Notes: generated from the sequence alone by a model not told the origin. DNA of 64,000 bases from an uncultured Planctomycetota bacterium (GCA_963841915.1 CAWJEN010000005.1:864001-928000), one strand, 5' to 3'; positions 28,709-39,549 are shown, counted from the stretch's first letter. Made by a program: numbers and translations.

Positions 28709-29527
28709 ATGCACGTCGAACGCCTGCTCGATAACCGCTGCAAACTCGCAGAAGGTCCGGTGTGGCACGAGGGTGCGTTCTGGTTTGTCGACATCGAAGG
28801 CAAGGCGATCCATCGCATGGGCGACGGCGCGCATGAGACGTGGGACATGCCCTCGCGGGTCGGTGCCGCCTTGCCGGCACGGGGCGGGCGCTGGCTCGTC
28901 GCGCTCGAAGACGGCCTGCACGCCTGGACGCCCGGGCAGGTGCCGACGCTGCTGGTCGACCCAGAAGCCGACAAGCCGAACAACCGTTTCAACGACGCCA
29001 AAGCCGCGCCGGATGGAACCGTCTTTGCCGGCACGATGGCCATGGGCGACCCGCGCGACGGCCAGGGCACGTTGTGGCGCTACGACGGCCGCGACGCCAC
29101 CGCCGTCGTCGAGCAGGTCACGATCAGCAACGGCCTGGACTGGTCGAATGACCGCCGCACGATGTGGTTCATCGACACACCCACCGGCCGCGTCGACGCC
29201 TTCGACTACGACGCAGGCAACATGTCCAATCGACGCAAAGTCATCGACAACTTCCCGGGCAATCCCGACGGACTCTGCGCAGCGACCGACGACACGCTCT
29301 TCGTCGCCCAATGGGGCGGTGGGTGCGTCGTCCACTGCAACCCGGCCACCGGTGAGCACCTCCGCCGCATCGACCTCCCGGCGGACAACGTGACGAGTTG
29401 CTGCTTCGGGGGGACGAACTTGGACACGCTCTACATCACGACCGCAGCGGGCGGCGTCTTTGCCGTCCACGACGTCGGCTGCGTCGGCCGGCCCGTTACG
29501 CTGGCAACGTTGAACACAAGCAGCTAG
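28709..29527 (+). CDS. SMP-30/gluconolactonase family protein
   Basis: LAEGPVW, NRFNDAK, ISNGLDWS, NPDGL, TSCCFGG. Confidence 0.92.
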   Translation: MHVERLLDNRCKLAEGPVWHEGAFWFVDIEGKAIHRMGDGAHETWDMPSRVGAALPARGGRWLVALEDGLHAWTPGQVPTLLVDPEADKPNNRFNDAKAAPDGTVFAGTMAMGDPRDGQGTLWRYDGRDATAVVEQVTISNGLDWSNDRRTMWFIDTPTGRVDAFDYDAGNMSNRRKVIDNFPGNPDGLCAATDDTLFVAQWGGGCVVHCNPATGEHLRRIDLPADNVTSCCFGGTNLDTLYITTAAGGVFAVHDVGCVGRPVTLATLNTSS

Positions 29528-29536
29528 CGAGGCATT

Positions 29537-29578
29537 CGCCTTACGTGTGGTAGTCGGCGCCTTACGTGTGGTAGTCGG
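29537..29578. repeat. Perfect 21-bp tandem duplication of the argJ 3' end
   Basis: CGCCTTACGTGTGGTAGTCGG occurs twice head-to-tail. Confidence 0.9.
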
Positions 29579-30806
29579 CGTTGATCGTGATGTACTCGCG
29601 TGACAAGTCACACGTGTAAACGTGGGCCGCAGCAGAGCCACTGGCAGCATCGAAGATGATCTCGACGTCACGCGCCTTCATCTGCTCCGACAACGCAGCG
29701 GCATCGAAAGCCAGTGGCAACCCGCCTGCGTAGACGGGTGTGCCGCAGATCGACAGGCGACATGCATCAGGGTCGAGTGCCAAGCTGTCCCGCGCCGCGG
29801 CCTTGCCGGCGATGCTGACGACGCGGCCCCAATTCGGGTCGTTGCCGTGCAATGCCGTCTTGACCAGCGGACTCTCGGCAATGGCCATGGCCATCGCAGC
29901 TGCTTCACCCTCGGTCGCTGCGCCGGCCACGCGGACAGTGACTGCCTTTGTCGCCCCCTCACCGTCTTGGGCGATCTGATACGCCAGTCGGTCGCAGACA
30001 AGCGTCAGCGCCTCTTCAAATTGATCGGCATTGGCATCGTCAACGGTCGCGTCACTGGCGCCGCTGGCGAGAACGAGCAGCGTGTCGTTCGTGCTGGCGT
30101 GCCCATCGATCGTGGTGCGGTTGAACGTGCGATTCGCAGCCCGAGCAACGATCGGGCGAAGAAGGGTTGCGTCGATGGCGGCATCAGTCGTGATGTACGC
30201 GAGCATCGTCGCCTGCGGGCCGGCATGGTCGACGCCGAGCATCGGGCCGATCATGCCGCTGCCTTTGCAGACGCCTGCGATGACGACTTCTTGGTCATCG
30301 AGTTGTAACAACGTCGCCGCCTGTTTGGGGACGAGGTCAGTCGTCAAGATCGCGCGGCCGAACGCGGCCGCGTGATCGGCCGTCGTGCCGAGATGCTCGT
30401 GCGCCAACGCAACGCCGGTTAGGAGCTTGGGCATGTCGAGGTGGTGACCGATGATGCCCGTCGAACTTGGCAGCACCTGGCGCTCGTCGCACCGCACGAG
30501 CTCACTGACGTGACGGCAGGTGTCGCGGGCGTCCCGCTCGCCGCGGTCTCCGGTGCAGGCGTTGGCGTTGCCGCTGTTGACAACCACAGCGCGGAGCAAG
30601 CCGTCGGCAAGGTGGTCGCGACCGACGGTGATGCTGGGCGAGACGATGCGATTTCGACTGAACGCCGCGACGGCGACGGCGGGGCGATCGGTCGTGCAGA
30701 CGAGCAGGCCGACATCGAGCTTGCCGCTCTTCTTGAGCCCGGCGGCCACACCGCTGGCAGTGAACCCGGCGGGGCTGAGCAGGTGCAGGTTCTCATCAGG
30801 ATTCAC
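29562..30806 (-). CDS. argJ: Bifunctional ornithine acetyltransferase / N-acetylglutamate synthase
   Basis: NSGNANACTG, ILTTD, KGSGMI, autocleavage ATML, DGEGATK, DPNWGR, CDLS...INADYHT. Confidence 0.96.
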   Translation of the reverse strand: MNPDENLHLLSPAGFTASGVAAGLKKSGKLDVGLLVCTTDRPAVAVAAFSRNRIVSPSITVGRDHLADGLLRAVVVNSGNANACTGDRGERDARDTCRHVSELVRCDERQVLPSSTGIIGHHLDMPKLLTGVALAHEHLGTTADHAAAFGRAILTTDLVPKQAATLLQLDDQEVVIAGVCKGSGMIGPMLGVDHAGPQATMLAYITTDAAIDATLLRPIVARAANRTFNRTTIDGHASTNDTLLVLASGASDATVDDANADQFEEALTLVCDRLAYQIAQDGEGATKAVTVRVAGAATEGEAAAMAMAIAESPLVKTALHGNDPNWGRVVSIAGKAAARDSLALDPDACRLSICGTPVYAGGLPLAFDAAALSEQMKARDVEIIFDAASGSAAAHVYTCDLSREYITINADYHT

Positions 30807-30907
30807 GCCGAAAGCCTACGACAAGACCGCAACCAGAACTTTGGCCGCCGCGCCCTGGCGTGCGACTTCGAGACATGAAGCAGCCTGTCGGGTCGTACCG
30901 TGTGTCA

Positions 30908-31966
30908 ATGCCGCGTGTGTTGCTGTTTGTGACCGATCTGGAAGTCGGGGGCACCCCCACGGTGGTGCGAGAGCTGGCGCGACGTTTGCCGGGTAACGGG
31001 TTCGAGGTCGGCGTCGCATGCTTGGCGCGGCAGGGGCCGACAGGTACGGCCATCGAAGCCGACGGTGGCGACGTCACCGCATTCGGCACGCGACTGCTGC
31101 AACTGCCCACTGCCGTGAAGCGGCTTCGCCGACTGGTTCTTGACGAGCGGTACGACACCGTGCTCAGCCTGCTCGTGCATGCAAACGTCGTCGCGTCGCT
31201 GGCGCGGCAAGCGGATGACGGTGTGCATTGGTGGCAGTCGATTCAGACCACGCAACCGCGGCCGCGATGGCATTGGCTCGCCCAACGATTCGCAGCAAGG
31301 CGGGCAGCGGGGATCATCGTGCCAAGCTCCAGCGTGGCGGCCGCCGCGGCGCATCGCAGCGGGATCGACATGAGCCAGCTTCACGTCATCGCCAACGGCA
31401 TCGATCAGCGTGACATTGCAACGACGCCGCGACCGGTGACAAGCGGGCCGCTGCGTGTCGTCTTCCTCGGCAGGCTCGACCCGGTGAAGCGGGTTCCAAT
31501 GTTGATGGCTGCGGTGCAAGACACGCAGGGCGTCACGCTCGACATCTTCGGCGACGGATCGGAACGACAACAGATCGAAGCGTCGACAAGCGACCGCATT
31601 CGCCTGCACGGCACGACGCCGCGAGACCAGGCGTTAGCGAGTGCCGACGTGCTCGTGCTGCCGAGCGAGGCTGAGGGATTTGGGCTCGTGCTGATCGAAG
31701 CGATGGCCGCCGGCGTGCCGGTGGCGGGGGCCGACGTGCCTGGCATCTGCGACGTGATCCGCCAAGGCCAAACCGGGCTGCTGTTCACGCCGGCGACACT
31801 GCGGCAGACGCTGGAGACGTTGCGTGATGATCGCGTCGCCTCGCAAGCTCGCGCAGCGATGGCGTTAGCGGATGTTCGCGAGCGGTTCACGTGGCAGGCA
31901 CTCGTGCCTCAGTACCGTCGGATGCTCGGCGGAACGACTTTGCCCTTGCGGGCCACGAAGAAGTAA
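30908..31966 (+). CDS. Glycosyltransferase family 4
   Basis: DLEVGG, IANGID, FLGRLDPVK, PSEAEGFGLVLIEAMAAG. Confidence 0.9.
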   Translation: MPRVLLFVTDLEVGGTPTVVRELARRLPGNGFEVGVACLARQGPTGTAIEADGGDVTAFGTRLLQLPTAVKRLRRLVLDERYDTVLSLLVHANVVASLARQADDGVHWWQSIQTTQPRPRWHWLAQRFAARRAAGIIVPSSSVAAAAAHRSGIDMSQLHVIANGIDQRDIATTPRPVTSGPLRVVFLGRLDPVKRVPMLMAAVQDTQGVTLDIFGDGSERQQIEASTSDRIRLHGTTPRDQALASADVLVLPSEAEGFGLVLIEAMAAGVPVAGADVPGICDVIRQGQTGLLFTPATLRQTLETLRDDRVASQARAAMALADVRERFTWQALVPQYRRMLGGTTLPLRATKK

Positions 31967-32205
31967 ATCACAAAGCCCAGCGGCACGAAGATAATGACCA
32001 GAATCCAGACCAGCTTCATCGTGCTGTCGAGTGCAGCATTAGTCGCCGCATCGATGATCATCCAGATCTGCAGGGCCAACCCCACGATCATCAGCAGGAA
32101 GAAGAAGATGATGCAGCCGCCGCCGAACAGGGCAGCACCAGCCCCGGCCGCGCCTCCGCTGTTGCCAGATTGTGAAGAATATTGAGCAAGCGACTGCAGG
32201 ATCAT
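31909..32205 (-). CDS. Small membrane protein (PLDc N-terminal-like)
   Basis: IWMIIDAA...KLVWILVIIFVPLGFVIYFF. Confidence 0.7.
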   Translation of the reverse strand: MILQSLAQYSSQSGNSGGAAGAGAALFGGGCIIFFFLLMIVGLALQIWMIIDAATNAALDSTMKLVWILVIIFVPLGFVIYFFVARKGKVVPPSIRRY

Positions 32206-32263
32206 GGCAAGGACGGTACCGGATCATTGCCTGTTCGTCACGAAGCGGTTGCTACCGTTCGAC

Positions 32264-32662
32264 TCACTTCTCTTCTGCCGCGTGCTCGTCGCGCTGCTCC
32301 TGAGCCCGTTCGAGCAGTCCTGCGTCGCCGACCTTCGCAGGTGTCAAGTCGAATGTCAGCTTCGGCGAGTGCGTCAGCCGAATCGGCAACAGCTCAGTGA
32401 CCAGGTCCAAAGGCACCCACTGCCACCACGGTGCAACGACCCAATGCGACGTGTCGAGCGTCTCGAAACCGTCCTTGCGGACCACGACGTCGTACCGGCC
32501 GTACCACTCCAGCGGGATCGTCGCGGGCGTCCGTGCGACTTCATCACCGTTGAGGTAGACCAGCGCGCCCGGCGGATTCGACTGCAGCACCATGCGACGC
32601 TCCACGCACCCGCCGAGCAGGCAGGCGATCACGAGAGTGAGCATGAACCAGCCGTGACGCAT
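32264..32662 (-). CDS. PEGA-domain lipoprotein
   Basis: Lipobox LGGC then VERRMVLQSNPPGALVYLNG...RTP...KDGFET. Confidence 0.85.
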   Translation of the reverse strand: MRHGWFMLTLVIACLLGGCVERRMVLQSNPPGALVYLNGDEVARTPATIPLEWYGRYDVVVRKDGFETLDTSHWVVAPWWQWVPLDLVTELLPIRLTHSPKLTFDLTPAKVGDAGLLERAQEQRDEHAAEEK

Positions 32663-32673
32663 GATGGCACACG

Positions 32674-33561
32674 CTACGAATGCTTGGCCCACGCTGCGAG
32701 TTCCGGCCGACGTGTGAGTTTCAGCAACGTGATCGGCCACGCCACCGTGAGCACGACGGCGACGGCCACGATTAAGACAGAAGATGACTTTGGGTGAACG
32801 TAGAAGACAAGCGCGTAGGCCACCGCGCCGAGCAGAAGCGCCAGCACGATTCGCGTCCAAGCCCACTGGCGGTGCAGCCTGACGGCACGGCGTCGGCCGG
32901 CAAACGTCGCGACGGCCAGTGCAATGAGTCCAACCGCCGCTGCCGCTGTCAAGACAGCACAGGCGATCAAGCTCTTGAAGAGCAGCACCGCCTTGTCGGC
33001 CTGCGGCGGTGGCGGTTCGCGCGTTAGCCGGACAGCCGCGCCTGAAGGCAGCACCTTCGTCTCACGCGTCAGCCCGTCGGCGTAAAAAGTGCGAACAATC
33101 GTGTTCGCTTCCTCGCCGTTCGGAGCTGCAATCGAGCCAAACAAGAAGAGGCGCTCGTGCGATTGCGCGTCGTCAGCGTCGATGAGGAACGCTTTGACGT
33201 GCTCGACGGTCCACTCGCCACCCGGCGGCGGCGGCAGTGGAAGGTCGTCGGACGTCAAGCTGACAAGCGCCTTCTGGAGAGCTGCCGCGTCACCCGGTGG
33301 TAGCGGTACGTCCGACCCCATCGCTTCGACGAGCACCACGACTTCCTCTGCCAGAAGTTTGCCGCCGCGGTCCGTCGGTGGTGGCAGGTCGCTGTCGCCC
33401 GGCCTCATGCCCGAGCCGGCAAAGGCGACAATAACGGTGACGGCAACAGCAATCGCCACATGAACGGCAAGATCCATGAACCCGACTGCCGCGTCCCCGA
33501 TCGCGATGCCGTTGACCACTGTGGGTCGCTCTGTCACTTGCTGAGGACTGTGCTCCGTCAT
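32674..33561 (-). CDS. Hypothetical membrane protein
   Basis: 295-aa ORF with about four hydrophobic segments, in line with neighbouring minus-strand genes. Confidence 0.65.
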   Translation of the reverse strand: MTEHSPQQVTERPTVVNGIAIGDAAVGFMDLAVHVAIAVAVTVIVAFAGSGMRPGDSDLPPPTDRGGKLLAEEVVVLVEAMGSDVPLPPGDAAALQKALVSLTSDDLPLPPPPGGEWTVEHVKAFLIDADDAQSHERLFLFGSIAAPNGEEANTIVRTFYADGLTRETKVLPSGAAVRLTREPPPPQADKAVLLFKSLIACAVLTAAAAVGLIALAVATFAGRRRAVRLHRQWAWTRIVLALLLGAVAYALVFYVHPKSSSVLIVAVAVVLTVAWPITLLKLTRRPELAAWAKHS

Positions 33562-33624
33562 GAAGCAAGTCTATCGAACACGCGCGTTCACCGTTTGCAC
33601 ATGTCGGGCTTGGTAGGGTTCGAC

Positions 33625-34023
33625 ATGCCAGTTCGCTACCTCGTCCTCTGCACCGGCAACCGCTGTCGCAGCCAGATGGCCCACGGCTTCCTGCAGTCCG
33701 CCCTTCCCGACGCCGAAGTCTTCAGCGCCGGCACGCACCCGAAGGGCGTTCACCCGACGGCCGTCGAGGTCATGAAGGAGAAGGGTATCGACCTGTCGGG
33801 CTACACGAGTGATCACGTCGACGCCTACGCCGGCCAGGATTTTGACGTCGTCATCACCGTCTGCGACGCGGCGAAGGACGCCTGCCCCGTCTTCCCCGGT
33901 GCCAGGCGAACGATCCACCACAGCTTCGACGATCCCGATGGTCACGACCTCGACACCTTCCGCCGCGTGCGGGATGAGATCGGTGCGTGGGCGAACCATT
34001 TTGCGACGCAGCAGGACGGCTGA
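33625..34023 (+). CDS. arsC: Thioredoxin-dependent arsenate reductase (LMW-PTP fold)
   Basis: LCTGNRCRSQMA, ITVCD...ACPVFP, FDDP, FRRVRDEI. Confidence 0.88.
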   Translation: MPVRYLVLCTGNRCRSQMAHGFLQSALPDAEVFSAGTHPKGVHPTAVEVMKEKGIDLSGYTSDHVDAYAGQDFDVVITVCDAAKDACPVFPGARRTIHHSFDDPDGHDLDTFRRVRDEIGAWANHFATQQDG

Positions 34024-34108
34024 GCAAGCCGTACCCGCAGCCCGGCCACCGTCTCGTGGTTGAGCGCGAAGGTGTCGGTTACGCACCCAGTCATACACGG
34101 CATCGCGG

Positions 34109-34675
34109 TTAATCGCCCACTCGCCTCGGTAGCGACCGCCGCAAGAGGCTGTGAAGCAGGAGCGGGCCTGCAAAGCCGACGCAGACGCACAACATGAGGC
34201 TTGGAAGCACAATCGCATTGAGGTTCGCCGGTACGCCTCTCATCTGCATCGCGCCCACGACCGACCAACTGCACGCCAAGACGGCAAACAGAAACCGAAG
34301 CACAGCCACGATCCGCATGGCCATGATGCAGCGACGCCACCCGCAACCGACTGGTACCGCAAGAGTGATCAGGATCACGTCGAGCAGGATCACTGTCAGC
34401 GGCAAACCGACGCCAGCGACATAAAGCATCTCGTGAAGATCACGGTTCGGGTTTGGCTTCGGTCCGCCGATGTTGCCCGCACCAGCTCCGGCTGCGGCGA
34501 CGACTGTTCCAATCATCAACAGCCCATTCAGAATGACATCGACAACGCCGAACACAGCCGCACTAATTGCAGCGGGAGCGAAGTTCTCCCGTCGGTCCTT
34601 TCGCGACGCGTAGCCGAGTCCGACCACTTCCGCGTCTACCGCCAGCTCGCCGTCCCTCAACGTCGCATAATTCAT
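34109..34675 (-). CDS. Hypothetical membrane protein
   Basis: 188-aa ORF with four hydrophobic segments, lower GC. Confidence 0.6.
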   Translation of the reverse strand: MNYATLRDGELAVDAEVVGLGYASRKDRRENFAPAAISAAVFGVVDVILNGLLMIGTVVAAAGAGAGNIGGPKPNPNRDLHEMLYVAGVGLPLTVILLDVILITLAVPVGCGWRRCIMAMRIVAVLRFLFAVLACSWSVVGAMQMRGVPANLNAIVLPSLMLCVCVGFAGPLLLHSLLRRSLPRRVGD

Positions 34676-34700
34676 GGAGGTAAACTACTGTGCCTGCCCG

Positions 34701-36410
34701 ATGGCCACCAGTAGCTCGAATACCTTCCCGCGCCCCCACTCCCGTGTCGTCACCGACGGACCCGAACGTGCGCCGCACCGGGCGTTCTTCCGGGCCATGG
34801 GCCTCACTGACGAAGACTTCGACAAACCGTGGGTCGGCGTCGGGGCGGCCTGGAACGAAGCGACGCCCTGCAACACCACCCTCGACCGGCAGGCCATCGC
34901 GGCGGCGGACGGCGTCAAGGTCGCCGGCGGCACGCCGCGTCGGTTTCACACCATCAGCGTCTCCGACGGCATCGGTATGGGGCACCAGGGCATGAAGGCC
35001 TCGCTCGTGTCCCGCGAGGTCATCGCCGACTCGGCAGAGCTCATGTTCCGCGCCCACGGCTACGACGCCTTCATCGGCATCGCCGGCTGCGATAAATCTC
35101 TGCCCGGCATGCTCATGGCCATGGCTCGCCTCAATCGGCCGGCTGTATTCCTCTACGGCGGCACGATCCTGCCCGGCGAACTCGACGGAAAAAAACTCAC
35201 CGTCCAGGACGTCTACGAAGCCGTCGGCGCGCACAGTGCCGGCAAGATCGACGACGAACAACTCCGCCGCGTCGAGTGTGCCGCCTGCCCCAGTGCCGGT
35301 TCGTGCGGCGGGCAGTTCACGGCCAACACCATGGCCACCGTCGCCGAGGCCATCGGCATGGCCTTGCCCATGAGCGGCAGTCCGCCGGCGGTCGACGAGT
35401 CGCGCGACGAGTACGCCCGCCAGTGCGGCGACACGGTGCTTCAGCTCCTCAAGAACGACATCAAGCCGCGCGACATCATGACGATGAAGGCGTTCGAAAA
35501 TGCTGTCGCCGTCGCCGCGGCCACGGGTGGGTCGACGAATGTCGCGCTGCACCTGCCGGCGCTCGCCGCCGAGTGCGGGCTGACGCTGACGCTCGACGAC
35601 ATCGACCGGATCAGCCGTCGCACACCGATCATCGCCGACCTCAAGCCGTTCGGCCGCTACACCGCTTTCGAAGTGTTTCAGGCCGGGGGTATTCCCGCGA
35701 TCCTCAAGGTGCTCCTCGACGCCGACCTGCTCCACGGTGACTGCATCACCGTCACCGGCCGCACGATGGCCGAGAACCTCAAGGATGTCGTGCTCAAGGA
35801 CGATCAGGACGTCATCGTGCCGGTGACGAAGGCGTTCGAGCCGCACGGCGGACTGCATGTGCTCCGCGGCAGCCTCGCGCCCGACGGCTGCGTCATCAAG
35901 ACGGCAGGCGTCAAGCGACTTCAGCACCGCGGCCCGGCCAAGTGCTTCGACTGCGAAGAAGATTGCATGGCCGCGGTGCAAGCCGGCAAGATCGTCGCCG
36001 GCGACACGGTGATCATCCGCTACGAAGGACCCAAGGGCGGGCCAGGCATGCGTGAGATGCTCGGCGTCACGGCCGCCATCGTCGGCCAGGGCCTCGGCTA
36101 CGACGTCTGCATGATCACCGACGGCCGCTTCAGCGGGGCGACCCGCGGCCTGATGATCGGCCACGCCGGTCCCGAGGCCCAGGTTGGCGGCCCGATCGCC
36201 CTCGTCCGCGACGGCGACGTCATCTCCATTGACGCCCAAGCCGGCACGATTGAGCTGGAGGTTGACGACGACGAGCTGGCCAGACGACGTGTTACGTGGA
36301 CGCCGCGCGTCACGGGTTATGACACCGGTGCCATTGCCAAGTATGCCCAACTCGTCGGCCCCGCCAGCGGCGGGGCGGTTACGGGGCAGGCGGCGTCGGC
36401 TACGCCCTGA
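34701..36410 (+). CDS. ilvD: Dihydroxy-acid dehydratase
   Basis: TPCN, SDGIGMG, GCDKSLPG, CGGQFTANTM, GGSTN, RYEGPKGGPGMREML, TDGRFSG. Confidence 0.97.
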   Translation: MATSSSNTFPRPHSRVVTDGPERAPHRAFFRAMGLTDEDFDKPWVGVGAAWNEATPCNTTLDRQAIAAADGVKVAGGTPRRFHTISVSDGIGMGHQGMKASLVSREVIADSAELMFRAHGYDAFIGIAGCDKSLPGMLMAMARLNRPAVFLYGGTILPGELDGKKLTVQDVYEAVGAHSAGKIDDEQLRRVECAACPSAGSCGGQFTANTMATVAEAIGMALPMSGSPPAVDESRDEYARQCGDTVLQLLKNDIKPRDIMTMKAFENAVAVAAATGGSTNVALHLPALAAECGLTLTLDDIDRISRRTPIIADLKPFGRYTAFEVFQAGGIPAILKVLLDADLLHGDCITVTGRTMAENLKDVVLKDDQDVIVPVTKAFEPHGGLHVLRGSLAPDGCVIKTAGVKRLQHRGPAKCFDCEEDCMAAVQAGKIVAGDTVIIRYEGPKGGPGMREMLGVTAAIVGQGLGYDVCMITDGRFSGATRGLMIGHAGPEAQVGGPIALVRDGDVISIDAQAGTIELEVDDDELARRRVTWTPRVTGYDTGAIAKYAQLVGPASGGAVTGQAASATP

Positions 36411-37782
36411 CGCCGTCCCGGCGTAGTTCGGTGCTCGTCGCTTTTCGCACGGACGTGCCCGCCGGTTGCTCGTACCAGCCGGGGTCGGCGTAGCTGCCCA
36501 ACTCGTCGCGGACTTTGACGAGCGTGGCCATGCCGCCGAGGAAGATGGGGCCGTATTTGCCCATACCCTTTTGCATCGGAATGCTGTTGTCGGGCACGGC
36601 CATGTTCATGCCGCCGGGGTAGCCCATGTCGCCCATGCCGTTCTGGCCCATCGTCATGTAGCCGGGCACCAACTTGCGGGCGGCGGCGTCGAAGCCCTGC
36701 GTCTCGACTCCGACCATGTTCGGAAACTCATGGCCCATCTGGTTCATCACGTGGTGCGTCATATGGCAGTGAATCGGCCAATCACCCGGGTTGTCGGTGA
36801 TAAACTCGATGTCGCGCGTCTGGCCGACGCCCATAAGTACCGTCACCTTGCGTAGTTGCTGGGCCTCAGGAATGCAGTAGCCATCGACGGCGGTTTCGAA
36901 GAATTCAAAGCCGTGCATGTGGATCGGGTGGTGATCCATGGCCGACAGATTGCCGAGGCGGATGCGCACGCGTTGGCCGGTGGAGCAGACCAGCGGGTCG
37001 GTGTGCGGCATGACTTTGCCGTTGATCGTGAGGATGTTGAAGTCGCTCATTTCGTTCGTGTCCGGCCGCGATGCGCCGGCATCGATACGCCATTCATGGA
37101 GCATCAGCGCGAAGTCGCGCTCGATCTCAGGGATGTTATTGCCTGTCGGATCACGCGGGTGGACGATGAACAGGCTTGTGAGGCCCATGCCTTCCTGAGT
37201 CATCGTGTCATGATGCGAGTGGAACATGAACGTGCCGTGCTGGACGATCTTCCACTGATACACCCACGTTTCTCCGACAGGAATGGGCGGCTGCTCGAGG
37301 CCGCTGACGCCGTCCATGCCGTGGGGCAGGATGAAGCCGTGCCAGTGGACCGTCGTCTCGACGGGCAGGTTGTTCGGGACGTAGATGCGCACGGTGTCGC
37401 CCTCGACAGCTTCGAGCGTTGTCGCGTTGACAAGGCCGTTGTAGCCCCAACAAGTTGCTGTCAGACCTGGAGCGAAGTCGTGCTGGAACTCGCTGGCTGT
37501 CAGGTGAAACACCTTGACGCCGTCGACGATGGAGAAGGGCACCGTCTGGCCGTTAGGCACGACGACGGGCGTGTAGTCACGGTCAGGCTCGCCCGGCGGG
37601 TACTCGCGGTCGCGTGTCGCCTGCCACTTGCGGCTGTGGGCAAGATCGCGCGGTAGCAGGGCGTCTGCCGATCGCGTCGCGGGTTGAGCGCGGGCTGTGG
37701 TAACAAGTGCACCGGCCCCGGTGACGGCAGCTGCGTTGCCTAGGAACGTGCGGCCATTGATTGACGTGAATTCGTTCCTCAT
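36400..37782 (-). CDS. Two-domain multicopper oxidase (copper resistance)
   Basis: HWHG, FHSHH, HPIHMHG, HCHMTHH; Met-rich C-terminus; eroded Tat-like signal (NGRTFL). Confidence 0.9.
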   Translation of the reverse strand: MRNEFTSINGRTFLGNAAAVTGAGALVTTARAQPATRSADALLPRDLAHSRKWQATRDREYPPGEPDRDYTPVVVPNGQTVPFSIVDGVKVFHLTASEFQHDFAPGLTATCWGYNGLVNATTLEAVEGDTVRIYVPNNLPVETTVHWHGFILPHGMDGVSGLEQPPIPVGETWVYQWKIVQHGTFMFHSHHDTMTQEGMGLTSLFIVHPRDPTGNNIPEIERDFALMLHEWRIDAGASRPDTNEMSDFNILTINGKVMPHTDPLVCSTGQRVRIRLGNLSAMDHHPIHMHGFEFFETAVDGYCIPEAQQLRKVTVLMGVGQTRDIEFITDNPGDWPIHCHMTHHVMNQMGHEFPNMVGVETQGFDAAARKLVPGYMTMGQNGMGDMGYPGGMNMAVPDNSIPMQKGMGKYGPIFLGGMATLVKVRDELGSYADPGWYEQPAGTSVRKATSTELRRDGVRA

Positions 37783-37795
37783 GACGGCTCCATTG

Positions 37796-38281
37796 TTATT
37801 TGGTGGTTTCGAGGTCATTGATGAGCTTCTGCATTTCGGCGATTTCCCGCCGTTGTGCTTCGATGATCTCGTCGGCAAGTTCGCCCACCCGTGGGTCGCT
37901 GAGGCTTGCACGTTCGCTGGTCAGGATGGCGATGCTGTGGTGCGGGATCATCGCTTTCATCCACGAGACGTCGCCGACGGTCGATTGGCTGCGAACGAGC
38001 CAGAGCGACAGGGCAAAGACAACCGCACTGCCGGTAAAGATGCCGATGTTCAGCTTGCGGTTGGGGTGCATGCTCAGCATGAACGTGAGCATGATGATCG
38101 CCATGATCGCCCCCATGTAGAGGGCCATCCAAAGTCGCGTCTGGCTGAAGTAGACGTGGCCGAAGGCGTAGGTGTTGAGGTACATCAGGCGGTACATGAC
38201 GACGGTGGACGTCGCGATCATCAGACCGAAACGGACGTAAGGGTTCAAGCCCTCCTTGTTGTGATTCTTATCGTTCTTCAT
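37796..38281 (-). CDS. DUF305 domain protein
   Basis: MKAMIPHHSIAILTS...LADEIIEAQRREIAEM. Confidence 0.88.
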   Translation of the reverse strand: MKNDKNHNKEGLNPYVRFGLMIATSTVVMYRLMYLNTYAFGHVYFSQTRLWMALYMGAIMAIIMLTFMLSMHPNRKLNIGIFTGSAVVFALSLWLVRSQSTVGDVSWMKAMIPHHSIAILTSERASLSDPRVGELADEIIEAQRREIAEMQKLINDLETTK

Positions 38282-39549
38282 CAGTGTCCTCCTTCGGAAG
38301 CTTCGTTGTTCAGGCCGCTGTTTTCGCCACTAAAGCCGCCGCCGGTGTCGATGCCGAACCGCTGTTGTGGCATACGTCCTAGGATGAGCGTTTCGAGTCG
38401 AATCCGGGCGAGCCAGTGCTGTTCAAGCGTGTCGAGGTATCGCTCCGCCGCTTCAATTTCATCGCGTTTGGCGTCGAGCAGGCGGAAGACGCCGATCTGC
38501 ATGGCGTTGAATTGCAACTGTGTTTGTTGCGTCACGCGGATGCGGGTCGGCAGGATGACTTCCTGCAGATAGCGGCTCGTGTTACCCGTCGTCGCGGCTG
38601 TCGTGTAGGCATCGAGCTCGGCGTCGACGCCTGCTTGCAAATCAGGGAAAAGTGTCTCGAACGATCGGATACCCGCACGCCTGCCGACGACATTGATCTG
38701 CCGACGTTGCGCCTCCAGATCCAGACTCGCCGTCAGCACCGTCGCCGCGAGCGTTGCCGGATCAGCGTCCATCGGCGACGGATCGGGCAGTCGCGCCGGC
38801 ACCGTTTAGCCCGTCGCCGTCTCGCCCCACACGCCGAGCAACGCGTTCAGCGCATCGCGACGACGCATCGCTTCGCCGCGCCCCTCGGCGAGCATCAGTC
38901 GCGCCTCTTCGTACAGCGCCTGCTCTTGCAACACGTCGAGCTCGATGATGTTGCCCGCCTCGCGCAATCGCCTGGCCATGTCGGCCGCGAGGTACGTCGC
39001 GTCGACCACACTCTCGTACAGCTCGACGCGTGCCAGCTGCGCCTGATACTGCCGATACGCCCGGCGTGTTTCGGACGCAAGGTCCAGCACCGCCGACGCG
39101 GCTCGTGCCTCGGCAGCGGCGAGCGTTTCGGCCGCAATGCCGCGATGTCTTGGGAGAAGCAACACATCGAGCATGTTCTGGGCGATGCCGAGTTCGATGA
39201 TCTCACCGCCGCCGGCCTCGACGAAACGGAGACTGGCGTCGAGCACCGGGTTGGGCAGCAGCGACGCCTGCAACAGCTCTGCGCTGGTGATGCCGAGTTC
39301 GTCCAGTTCCGCTTGCAAATCCAAGTTATTTACGAGCGCCAGTCGCACGGCTTCCTCGGCGTCGAGCGTGCCGTCGCCGAGCAAAGCGTCATGCAGCTGC
39401 CCGCGGTCGATCGAGTGGTCAATGGCGTAGCCGCCCCGTTCGGCGAGCGTCGTTTGCACGCGCTTGAAGCTTTCGTCAATCTGGCTCGTCGCGCAATCAC
39501 CAACCACCAGTCCGCTCGAAGCGAGCGCTGTCAAAAGGATACGTCGCAT
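38281..39549 (-). pseudogene. TolC-family outer membrane protein, interrupted
   Basis: EAVRLALVNN...QASLLPNP; in-frame TAA at 38806-38808 splits it; C-terminal half appears internally shortened. Confidence 0.8.

Noticed and set aside
34563..36350. 595-aa minus-strand ORF, and similar long antisense ORFs over ilvB, the vWA gene, the ECF gene and addA
   Set aside because: Shadow frames of well-supported genes on the opposite strand.
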